Positions 50,922-62,300 of a stretch of 64,000 nt of DNA are shown here, piece after piece. Origin of the DNA: Ramazzottius varieornatus (lineage: Eukaryota; Animalia; Tardigrada); contig BDGG01000005.1 in NCBI GenBank assembly GCA_001949185.1, positions 1,787,249 to 1,851,248 on the forward strand, given 5' to 3'. The notes below the pieces were generated by a model. The model ran no database searches. It was not told where the DNA came from and was given only the letters and a program-made list of their open reading frames with translations. The translations under genes were made by a program, and so were the position numbers. The stretch's first letter is position 1. Every line of letters begins with the position of its first letter.

Positions 50922-52328
50922 ATGTGGCGAGCAACTTTGATAAGTCCTGACGACAACAGGAACGCATTGCTATCATCGGGAAGAACGCAGACTGTCAACC
51001 GTCGACCATCATGGCACCACGTCTGGCTCTGTTTGACTTCCACCGTCAGCCTAGTGGGAACCTCTCTGCTTGTCCTCCTACTTGTCGTTTTCTTTCGAAA
51101 TCGAAAACTGCGGGATGGCGCTGGGTTTCTCATCATGAATGGCTTGGTGGCCGAACTCCTGCTCACTGCAATGTTTTTCCCCTTATCCTATGCTTCCTTG
51201 TTTACGACTCTTCAAGACAACCCAGACGAGGAAGAAGACACTGTGGACGACACCAGTCCCGACGATTTGACCGTCAACTTCTTCTTGGCGGCTTTGATCT
51301 ACTGTTGCCACTGGACGCAACTGTTCTTGGCGTTGAATCGCTTCATTGCGGTCCGGTGTCCTCAAGTCTATCAGCAGAGTTTCTCGGGCAAACGACTCGT
51401 TCTGGCCATGGCGTTCTTGTCTTGGGTTATTGCATTCGCCTTCTGTGTACCAAGTTATGCCCATGATCTTTTGGCGAAGACTGGCTGGTACTTCGTACCA
51501 TCAAGCTTTGATTTGGATGGACATGTTGGGAATTCAAGTACGAACTCGAATGTAACGTCAGCCCATCTCAGTCACCTGGTACACGGCAAGATCAATTTGA
51601 AGAAGTCATTAGATTACGTTCACAGTATTGTTGGGGTGTACTTTCCTGCTGTGATTATCGGTGTCTTGTACGTGGCATTGTTCGTGAAGATAACCAGGTT
51701 CCGTCGACCCGGAAATCTCGAAAACACGAGACAGAATCTGACGAAAGGTCCGCATGGTTCCGGAGGCGCCGATGCCGCCAGAAGACGTCGGCTCGTCATT
51801 GCGAATATGCTACTGACTTCCTACTGCTTTTACCTGCTTTGTTTCATCCCCACCCCAATCATCGTGACGTTTTTCCCTGCTGTCTACGATAACTTGCTCG
51901 TCCAGACGTGGACGCGTACCCTTGATGTACTGGGGCATGCGGCGACTGCGGTAAAAACCAAATGGGAGCTCGCCCTCGCCAAGCAAACTGAACCAGATTT
52001 TTACACAAGTGGCGCACACGTCCAGGCAAAATCCCTGAGAACGTGCGCCACTTGGGAAAATAATCTGATTGGGTTTGTTTCCGAGTTCCCAAACGATTCT
52101 GGTATGTGATATCCAGCAGCCTATCTAAGTGTAATTTCGGGTTGGTTTCAGGTGATTTATCTGGCTCTCAACAAGGACTACCGAGCTGGCCTCAACAGCC
52201 TGCTGGGTTCCTGTATTACTGTCTGCTGTCTGCGCCAGAACTCCATCTTACCTCAAGAAATACCGATGGCACCTGCAGCCCTCGTTGTTTCACCAGATGC
52301 TCCGATGAATCCCGATGTGTATCTATAG
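50922..52328 (+). CDS. Orphan class A GPCR, paralog 3 (intron 51951-52151)
   Basis: More distant paralog with ALNRFIAVRCP and VQTWTRTLDVLGH..|VIYLALNKDYR. Same intron position. Confidence 0.88.
51964..52090. repeat. Palindromic intronic element copy 11 (GPCR3 intron)
   Basis: GGGAGCTCG..CAAGTGGCGCA-N27-TGCGCCACTTGGGAAAA..CCGAGTTCCC. Confidence 0.9.
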
Positions 52329-55300
52329 TACCGCGTGCTTTCCATTCTTTGCTCGCTCAGCAGGTCAAGACCATTTAATCATGGACTCCCGACGAATCCG
52401 TCCGGAGACGTGGGCTCAAATTTAGGGCGACGACCTGAATTTCTAACCTCAGGAAGGCATCTTAAGTGTTCGTAGAATTGCTTCCGGTTGCACCGCAGTT
52501 ACTCCGATTCCCGAAAGCTCGGATGACTCCGAATCCCGCGCATTTTTTGTATGCAACCGGGCTGATGCCTGTAACGTAAGCAGGGAGCATGCTGCATGAT
52601 TATCAAGCACGCTTATTTTTACCAGCCCCACGTAGATGTTGCCATCCTACTTATTCCTCAGTGATTCTTCTGCACATAAACTCGAAAATTTCGACCTTGT
52701 ACCTGCTCGAATGTAGTAAAAGATGGCAGGTTGACAATGGCAGACTGCTCAGCATGCGACATGACGTCTAATGTCAAAGGATCTACCCGACGATGGAGCC
52801 ACCAGGCGATGTCTGATACTCCGGCTCTTTTACCGGATACGCATTAGATGCGGAAGTATGACTTGTTACTCCTGGAGACACGTCAACTTCAAAAATTCAT
52901 AGTGACACCCCCCCCCCCCCTAATTCTTTTGTCCTGAAGTTTTTTTCCAGTCACTCTGTCAACTCCAAGCTATCGTTTGGCGTTCCATTAACCCAAGTTT
53001 GTCAGCTTCGGGTAGGGTAGGAGTGACTGCATTTTGGGTAACCATAATTTTTAACGATTCAAATATTTGAATTTTGTGAAGGCGTCTAACTCTACTCTGG
53101 AGATTTTTAGGGCGGAAGTCACCCCTACGGAAGACCGCAACAACGTCCAAAGGGAGCATGTCGAATTCGGTCCTTCGCGAACTCCTGTAAGACCCTTAAG
53201 AGAGTTTGGTGTGTCTTCATAAGTTCTCGCTGGACATCTAGACAAAACCCGAAGGGAAAAAATCAAAAATATTGAGGCCTCGCTTACTCCGCGCACCGTA
53301 CGATGAATGTAAACTGTGCCTCTCCGTAACCTCCGGTTTCTGAATGAAAGCGGACTGATCCTCAGATCGCATCGTTACTAGTAACAAAAGACTGGGCTCT
53401 GCAAAACGTTCTGAAGCAGAAAATGGGAATGTCTCGAAAGAGCGGAAGTACCGCAGAAAATATCGAATCGCGAGGGGCAACAAAGGAAAATCATAGCTAC
53501 TGTCTGGTTGGTATCCTAATATCACAGTCTCGACCGCTGTTGAATCCTGCACCGCATAACGATAGCTGCAGACTAGACCTCTCTAGAACACGGAAGAATG
53601 ATGAAAAAAACTTGCCGTCACTAAACGAGTTTATTTAGTCGATTCGAACCGCTACTTTGCAAGTCAGCTCTAGAGTGAACATTTAACAAAACGCTTCCGC
53701 AGAACGGCAGAAGATAGGACTGGAAACTCTCCTTCACACAACAAAAAGTTGGGATCTGATACGGAAGGATTATCATCATTTCGAAAAACTAGGGCACATC
53801 CAGCGAGAAAGAATAATGTCCTCCAAAGATGCTGCCAAAAATGGATGCGAAGAGCCTATCTTTTCTCTTCCTCATGCTTCAACAGTAAAGGCATGAACTT
53901 GCTGCCGAAAAACTGACTGAAATACCTTGGTATGGGTGGATAACCTGATCAAATATTCCGAGATTTGAAGTCAAGAAAATTTTGACGTCGGAGGAGTAAC
54001 AAGTCATACTTTCGCACCTAATACATTGTAAGTAAGACACCCTGCCGAACGTGTTCTGTTGTCGGTATGGGTACTTAGCTGCTGCGCCATTAAACCACCA
54101 GAAGTTCATTGCATGCCGATATGCACAACTCGCGCGCAGTACTGTTGGGGCTTTCCCCAGCTGTGTACCGTCCACTCAAAAATGTCATAATAATGATAAT
54201 GTCGCCATTCAGCCTTTTAGTTGTTACAGCACGCACTTGTACAATTGCACGGGATAGGCTGTTCCCGTATTAGGGCCGTCTTCTATTCCGCACGGATCTG
54301 AACGCTCCCTTGGCCCCACGGAGAGTCTTCGGAACTGTCCATCGCGTTGGACCGCGGAAGGCAAAGACACTGGACTGCTCGCTATCTCCGTCTTCTTCTG
54401 ATTTCCTGTGGGACGTGAAGATATTGATAAACCGTAATGACAACATCGTTGGGATTATTGTCCAGAAAGGGCTTGGTGATTCTTCAGAAGCTGCAAGGAG
54501 CAGTCAAGTTGGCTTCGGGTCCGCTGGGATCCGTCAGGTGCGAACTGCAGCTTTGCTACACTTTTGCTTTGCTTACCGCATGGTCAAGGAGTATACTGGG
54601 CAAACCTTACAGTCATGTTCCGGCTACTGTTTCTTGTTCTCACAGAACTGCGGCGCAATGGAATCCAGATGCCAAATGGATGTACCAGTTCGGCGGTCCC
54701 ATTCTGATGCCCGAAACCACACCCGACACTGGCGGCTATTGAGCGAACTTACCAATGTACAACTGTGAGTGCTTCCACATCACATAAATTGTACCCGGTG
54801 TATGCCTAAATAAAAGGTCTCTCAGTATGAAACTGCGGTTTTTCGAACCCTTATCTCGACAATCTCGACAATTCTGTCTCTGGTGACTGGTCAGAAGCAA
54901 TGTTTCGATACCGTCGTTTTTACTGAGCTTAGTGTATGGTGTCGTCTTTCGTCGTAGCATAAGAAAGTTCCACTTCAGCCTCACGATCAATTGCTGGAGG
55001 TGTAGTGTCTGTGGCGTAATTTTGAAAATTCTGACATCCTTGTTAGCGAAGTTCTTTTGTCGCCGCCAGCGCTTCTAAAATTGTACGCTTGGTGCGGAAA
55101 CGAGAATGCCATCGATTGCCCGCTTTAGTTTTGATAAAGCATGTCCTGTTCGGCAAACTGCCAGGTGGGAAAAGAGCTCAGAGACCTCATCGTCCTCGAA
55201 GAAAGTTTTCTTCTTCCCCCGGCTGGGGCAGAGCAGATTTTTCAAAATTTTACATGGTGGTTGAGGAAACCTTGGCACATTAATCGAACGTGTCTATGTT

Positions 55301-55547
55301 TGAATTCGTCAACAACACGGCCGAAGAAATGGGAAAAAGCCATCACCCCACTAAACTGGCGCACGTTGGTCCCGGCAATTCACCACCTCCTTTTCAACAA
55401 CTTTTCGCAAAATCCCGAAGGATCATTTTCTCGTTATTTGTCTCGGTATTGATGGCCCAAAGGTACTACTACAAAATGATCCTGTTGCCGGTGTGATGGT
55501 GCAGCTGACCGTGCGGTAAAAGAATCGTAAAATGGTCCTTATTCGAC

Positions 55548-56534
55548 CAGTGCTGTATGTAGCTACCGTCTAGATTAAAATAGATTCAGTCTTTTGTTCA
55601 GTTTCAGTTTTGTTCCTGGACTTAAATCGAGACTGAATCCACAATGAGGGACGAAAAATGAAAAGACAAAGACGAAAACAGAATAGCTGGGACGAAAACT
55701 AAAATGCATGAGACGATAACTAAAGTTCTGCGACGATAATTCAAAATCAGAAGGCGAAAATGTCAAAGCTGGGACCAAAACTATTGATACAATGCCGGGA
55801 CGGAAATTGCAACACTTGAGACTGAAACTAAATCGCCGGGACGTAAACCCAAAACCGAGAGACCAAAGTGGGAACATCAGTGACTAAAACGACAACTGCG
55901 ATACTCAGAGCACCAGACGGTAGGTAAAGACGTAGGCAACGAAGGCAAAGATATGTTCTATTCCCTCCGGGTAATTTTTAGCCCGACAGTCGCGTGATTT
56001 GCAGAACTACCGGTGGTCCGTGGAACACAGTATCTGTACTGGTTAGACACGTCGCATGTTGAAATGAAGGTCGGTTCATGCTTCCGGCGCGAGGCAGTTG
56101 TGATACACATGGTGGTGTTTTTAATTTTTTGGGTGACAATACTCGTTTCCGGCTCTAGGTTCAAAAGACTGGAACAAAATTCGTCTGAACAAGGATTTCC
56201 ATGTCGGAACTAAAACTCAAACTGGAAAGAGTAAAATAATTCCGAAAAGACAACTAAACTGGTCGGGACTGAAACTAAATCCTGGGACTAACATTGAAAG
56301 TCGAAAGACTAAAAGGATTTTAAAAAACTGAAACTAAATTCATCGAGACTAAAACCAAATCTCAGGACTAAAACTCGAATTCGAAAGACTAACCTGCATG
56401 TGACCGGACGAAACTAAAATGTTTGGGACTGAAACTGAATTGCTCGAACTGAAACTGCGCAACTCGGGACTAAATTATTTTCGTCCGGACTAAAACTTTA
56501 ACTAAATTCGAGACTGAAACTAAATAGAACACTG
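55548..56534. mobile_element. Non-autonomous hAT-type DNA transposon with subterminal repeat arrays
   Basis: Termini CAGTGCTGTAT / ATAGAACACTG, flanked by an 8-bp direct repeat TATTCGAC (55540-55547) / TATTAGAC (56535-56542). Many GACTAAAAC/ACTGAAACTAAA units inside. Confidence 0.82.
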
Positions 56535-56773
56535 TATTAGACATTCATCGCTATTATTCTAAAATTCTTCCTACGTCCCGTTCTTAACGTTTCGAATAAA
56601 ACCTCTGTGCAAAAAAAACCCGAGAAGATCTTGTCACTGGAGTTTGACATCACCCGAACTTCAGAAGTCGTATTGCGACTTCGACACGAGATTTTGAAGT
56701 CCGACCATGAGAACCGGCAATTCCATACTGAAAGACCTTATAAAAATGGGTCTGTTCATTGTATCCTTTCGCA

Positions 56774-58317
56774 GTAAGCGATTATCCAGTGGAAAGAATG
56801 GTTCGGAATATTCAACTGAATTTCGGTCCACAACACCCGGCTGCCCATGGAGTACTACGGCTTGTCTTGGAAATGGATGGAGAGGTACGCTCGAAATCCA
56901 GAGTACTCGTACAAATTTTTTATGCTGGTTTTCTAATCTTTGTTCTCAGACGGTTGTAAGAGCTGATCCTCACATCGGACTCCTTCACAAAGCAACAGAC
57001 AAATTCATTGAGTACAAAACGTACATGCAGGCACTACGGTACTTTGATCGCTTGGACTACGTTTCCATGATGGGTAATGAGCAGTGCTTCTCTTTGGCCA
57101 TCGAGAAGCTTCTCAACATCGACCCACCTCCACGAGCCAAAATGATTCGAGGCTCGTGTAGACGGTGCTGTAGATGAATTCGACATTTTCCCATCTTCTT
57201 CTAGCACGGCTGTTTTTCAGTATCTCTACGCGGAAATAACGCGTATCCTGAATCACATCATGGGTGTCGGCACTCATGCACTGGATGTCGGCGCAATGAC
57301 GCCTCTTTTGAATGTTCGAAGAACGCGAGAAGGTACGAAATTTCTCGCCATACTTGCCTCTCTGAAAACCGGGTGGACGAATCGCAAGTTTTGTTGTTGA
57401 TAGTTGTGCGAATTCTACGAGAGAGTATCCGGCGCGCGTATGCACGCCAACTACATACGACCTGGCGGGGAGCAGTACGATCTTCCGCTAGGCCTCATGG
57501 ACAACATTTACGACTGAGCTCGCAAATTCAACCAGCGCCTTGACGAAGTCGAAGATGTCCTGACAGAGAACCGTATTTGGAAGCAGCGGACAATCGGCAT
57601 TGGGGTGGTGTCCGCTGCTGACGCCCTATATTGGGGCACGAGGTGAAGTCGCAGTCCGGTACGGAAGCAGAATGAGGTTTGAAAGCTTTGTGGCTTCATT
57701 GCTTTTGTTTGCATGTAGCAGGGTTATGCTGCGAGGATCTGACATCAAATGGGATCTCCGCAAAACGCAGCCATACGACGCGTACGACCAAGTCGAGTTT
57801 GGTGTGCCAATCGGCTCGCATGGAGACTGCTATGATAGCTACCTAGTTCGCGTAGAAGAAATGCGGCAGTTTTTGAGAATTATCCTCCAAGCGTTGAACA
57901 AGACGCCACCTGGGGAAGTCAAAGTCGACGACAGTAAGATCGTCTCACCAAGAAGAGCGGAGACGAAGGTACTGTACGTCTGCGAATCGTTTGGAAGTTG
58001 TTGGGGAGCGTAATCTGGGAAATTTTATCTCATCCGTGTAGGAATCAATGGAAGCGTTGAGTCATCATTTCAAACTGTACACGGAAGGTTTCCAAGTTCC
58101 TCCTGGATCGACCTATACCGCCGTCGAGAACCCCAAGGGAGAGTTCGGGGTGTATCTAGTGTCCGAAGGGACAAGTAGGTCGTACCGCTGCAAGGAGAAA
58201 GCTCCTGGGTTCCCACATCTGGCTGCAATTGAGCACATAGGCAAACAACACATGTTGGCCGATATCGCGGCCATCATCGGTACCCTCGACATCGTCTTCG
58301 GCGAGGTGGATCGCTAG
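56774..58317 (+). pseudogene. NDUFS2: Unprocessed pseudogene of complex I 49-kDa subunit, 5'-truncated
   Basis: [47 protein letters not shown] and [14 protein letters not shown]. Frameshift plus TGA at ~57305-57311, in-frame TGA at 57515-57517, a degraded donor near 57151 and substitutions at conserved sites. No presequence exon found. Confidence 0.88.
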
Positions 58318-59343
58318 AAAAATATTTACGGTTTCGAGAAATATTCATACGGTGATATTTGGTTTACTTTATTTTCATAGCAAAACGCGCGAATATGTCG
58401 TAGTTTCGAGCATGTTCTGAGTTTGCCCAGCTTGTTCTTCGTACTGTACAGTACAAAAGATCCTGCTCGGTCGGTCTGCTTTTCGGGTCTAAACATGGAA
58501 CTCTTGTTAGCGAATGTTTTTCGCTTGGTCTGAAATGGGAGCTCCGCAACTTGATGGACTCGAGGAGACCATCTTGTACGAGTGTGATGTGGGTGTATAT
58601 GCTGGCTTCCAATTTGAATTTATTGACCAAGGGTAACAGCAAGCGTCCTGTGGCGGTGGAGTTAATAGTCCAGGGGAACTCTGCAACCACCAACGTGGTG
58701 TTCGAATTTGAGCGGAATATTGTTTCCGCTGCCCAAGACTTTCCTATCACCGTGAAAGTCTCCTTCAATATCTAGAACTACAGTAGAAGTCTCGAAGACG
58801 GGCTTTACCTTCAGGCAGAAAGATCGAGCTTCTTTGGAAACGGAATGGGATATACAGGAAGCGACAGGTAAGAAGAAAGTCAAGCCGGAAGACAAGCCAA
58901 ACACTGAAAAACAAGCAAAGGGAGACAGACGAGAACAACCGACAGGTACGAAGAAAGTCGGAGCGAAGGATAAGCCAAACGTTGGACCACGAGCTGGGCG
59001 GAAGTCAGCTGACGTTTCCATCGTCCGTGGCAATCCATAATGTAATTCCGAATATCTGCCCTTGTAGTTGGTCTGTGGAACGCCCAAGTGTTTTCCAACT
59101 ATTTTGTTGTCTGAAGTTTTCCCCATAATCCCTAATGTGAGAATATTTATCCCTTATTTGGAAATATGCTGCTCCGCAGTCAATGTTTTTGCTTTTATGA
59201 ACTGAACAGCGGATAGATAACGCTTGAGATTGCTTCCGGTAGTACTCTAGTGACAGTCACAATATTCGTTCATTTCGGCCATTTTGTAATACCAGGAAAG
59301 ACGTGTAGTTTTACAAACACAGAGCAGACTCTCATGGTTCTCT

Positions 59344-62300
59344 CTAAAAGAACCCGTTCTTAAGCGAATTTGTCATCCAGACTAAAAAACCCACCCAGAG
59401 GAACAGGAAGTCACAGTATCGCACACTGGTCGGCGCTGAATTAAAAGAACAAGTGACATTGACCAGGCTTTCGTTCTTCAACGGCGGACATATCTGCGGT
59501 CTCGAATTGGAGCTATCCTCTTCTTGAGCACTGCAGGTACCGTTGATGATCCTGAAGGACCCGGACGTTACCAAGCTCTGCGTGATCTTACAGTTGAAAT
59601 TGAAAGGCTTCTCCGACTTTGACCGATTGTAGTTCTCGATGACCAGCAGGAACAGGTTGGTCTTGGGTAGGGCGGTTACATAGTAGAAGCCGGACATGCA
59701 GGGCCCCGAAATGTTCCCTGTCAGCATGCCGGTATCACCTAATACCGAAGCGTTGGCGACGTAGCGGACGACATCTTGGATACAGCCGTAGCTGTTGGAG
59801 AAGGCAGGGATGGGTCCCTTGAATTTATAGTAGTCGTCTTGCTCTTCCGGGATCATTGGGATACCGGAGAGCGTCACTTTGGGCGTGTACGGTGTGATCG
59901 TACAGGTGCCTTGAAAGTCCACTTGCTCTTTCCTCACGAAAAGCTTGTACTTGTAGACCAGCTCTTTCATGATCTCGCCTTCCTTCTTGCCCAGTGAAAC
60001 TTCCTTGTACTTTTCTGCAACGGCAATCATCGTTCAAATACTCTAAATATTCCCCAGATAAATTCCAAGACGTATTATGATAAATATTCCTGTGATGTAT
60101 TTTTCGAACATTTACGAGGCTTTTTACTGTTTAGGTTCCTGCTTACTTTCATCAAGGTCGTTGGCGGAAACGAAGTCGTCGTCCGTCAAGATGTATCCTT
60201 CGTTATCGAACAGGTAGCATCGCGTCATACAGGCTTTCCGTCCATCGGGACACTCGTAGTACGTACCACAGCCCTTCATGGGTCTCAAGCCCGTTGACTC
60301 CATGATCTTGATGGTTTGATGGTAGAAGTCGTTGTAGAGCATATCCAGACTGGTTACGGCTTCCACTCGCTCCGTTGCACATCGCGGATGAAGATCGTTG
60401 GCAAAGACCGCGGCGGAACTCATATAACAACGAGCTGTAATGCGGAGAACCACGTTGGACTTTTTTGATGTCACTTCCGGTTCGTATTCCAAAGCCAAAT
60501 TCAGTTGTGTACGAAATATGAAGAATCAGGCCTCATACCTGATATGCAGTCGTTTTCCGTGTTGCATTCGCAGCCTCCGGGCCAAGGACCATGTGGGCTC
60601 CTTCGAAGACATTCATCTTGCCGTATGACTGGTATGCCCTCAAACACCGCTTGAGAAATGGTGATAATTTTTCCCACGCCGGCAGAGTCCATGTAGGCGT
60701 TAGAAATGACGGTCTTCGTCGGTGCGTTCTTTGCTCGTTTGAACCAGGCTCGACTGCAAACAGTATTCAGAATACGATACATGACCACCGCAAGCCAGCG
60801 GAAGTGCGGTACGCTACGAGGTGCTCAGTCAGTCAGGGTATTGGAACTTACGTGGTTGCATCGTACAGACGAGTACTTCGATGACCGGGATAGGTCCTGA
60901 AGACCCCGGAACGCATACCAACGTATGTCCACTTGATTTGGTCTATCCATTCAAAGTCGCGTTCCTTCCAGTAAGTTTCTATCGGTGCAGTGATCTTCAC
61001 ATCGGCCCTAAACATCGGAAATAGATTGGTACGTTGGACGTCAGTGCGAGCGCAGGTGGGTACTTCATTAAAAAGTGCGCGAGATGAGTCGGCGTCACCT
61101 GAGGCCTTTCTCATACTGCCCACCACCGTCACATCCAGCGTCCGGTTCGTCACTGGTAGTGCAAAGGGTAATAACTGATAAATCCAGAAATAATAGAAGA
61201 AGATATTTTGAGAGGACATTAGCTTACAAATTGATATAAAGATGAGCGTCAACTGTTTTGACATGGAGCATATCATCAAAGAAATACTTGTTCGGATCAC
61301 AATGGCATTTTGGCGCAAAGAAAATACTGGAGTGCTTGTAGGACACGGTCAGCAGTGGATATCTGCTGTCGTTATAGCGGATGTCCAAGTGGTCGTACAC
61401 CCCTGCAAAACGACTTCTCGTAAGAAGTAGCGTCCAGTAAAGTCTAATGCAAGGCTTTTCGTACCGGGAAGCCGTTCTTTGGCCCATGTGCTGTTATACT
61501 CGATCAGAAGGTTCCAGTAGCTGGTACTAAATCGTCGTTCGTCCAGAGGTTCTTGAGCTCGTCGGAAGACCATATCGGACTGCTTCAGGACAAAGGCGAA
61601 GCCGTACTCTCTTCCAGCACTTCCGTAGTAGTACGTGATGTTTTCTCCATTCTATCATCGAGAGCACCATTGCAGTTTTGGTAAGAAATCATCAAACCAC
61701 AACAACGAACTCAACCTTGAAAACAGTCTTTTGTCCTTTCTCGAGATTCCGCATGGCTCGTTCCACGTCGGAGAACTCCCAGGGTTCGCCGTTCTTGTCT
61801 TGCTCCAGCTGGGATATCGTGATGAAGATCGGGTCTTCCAGCAACTAAAAAGATTCGTCAAGTTGAAAACCAAGGTTTGAACTGCAGGAAAAACAGTGTA
61901 AGACTCACGCTTGTGCTTTGCTTTAGCTTAGGATGAAGAATCGTTTCACCCTGCCGGTTTATAATGAACGTGTAGACGGAACCCCATTGATATCGAATGA
62001 GAAAGTGTTCGATCTCTTCCAGCGTGGCGTCGACACCAGCAACACCTATCGTTCTGAACAGTAGGAAAACGCCGTTAGCTAACCCATAGTGGGGAGTTGG
62101 GCAAACAAGAGCGACCAGATTCTCTGATCCCAGGTGGCGCACGTTGTTAGCGTATCTTGCTGGTAACATGCGCCACTCGATAAAGTGATGTAGACGAATT
62201 TGTATGCCGAGTTCCTGTTACCCATGTATACCGGTAAAAGTCCTGAACTTAAAAAGTGAGCGTTGTGTAAAATTTTGAATGAGATTAGAGGAGTCTATAA

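Noticed and set aside
35852-55365. Solo half-sites (AGGTGGCGCAC at ~35852, ACTGGCGCACG at ~55355)
   Set aside because: There is no partner half-site at 26-27 nt and no arms, so they were not counted as family members.
52400-55540. Three-kb region with many fragmentary ORFs and a weak HVRQG similarity to reverse transcriptase
   Set aside because: Frequent stops and no second RT motif such as YADD, so it cannot be assigned.
39886-57517. TGA at Trp-homologous positions in NDUFS2 and the PHIP-like gene, plus an odd tRNA-Trp, suggesting UGA=Trp recoding
   Set aside because: The same genes also have frameshifts. Intact genes here (ILK, VPS33B, GPCRs) end in TGA and use TGG for Trp, and the tRNA anticodon is CCA. 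TGG-to-TGA decay explains the pattern.
58364-59126. Coding-like ORFs between NDUFS2 and the CACHD1-like gene
   Set aside because: The frames are broken and there is no recognisable domain. It may be a remnant but I cannot support a call.
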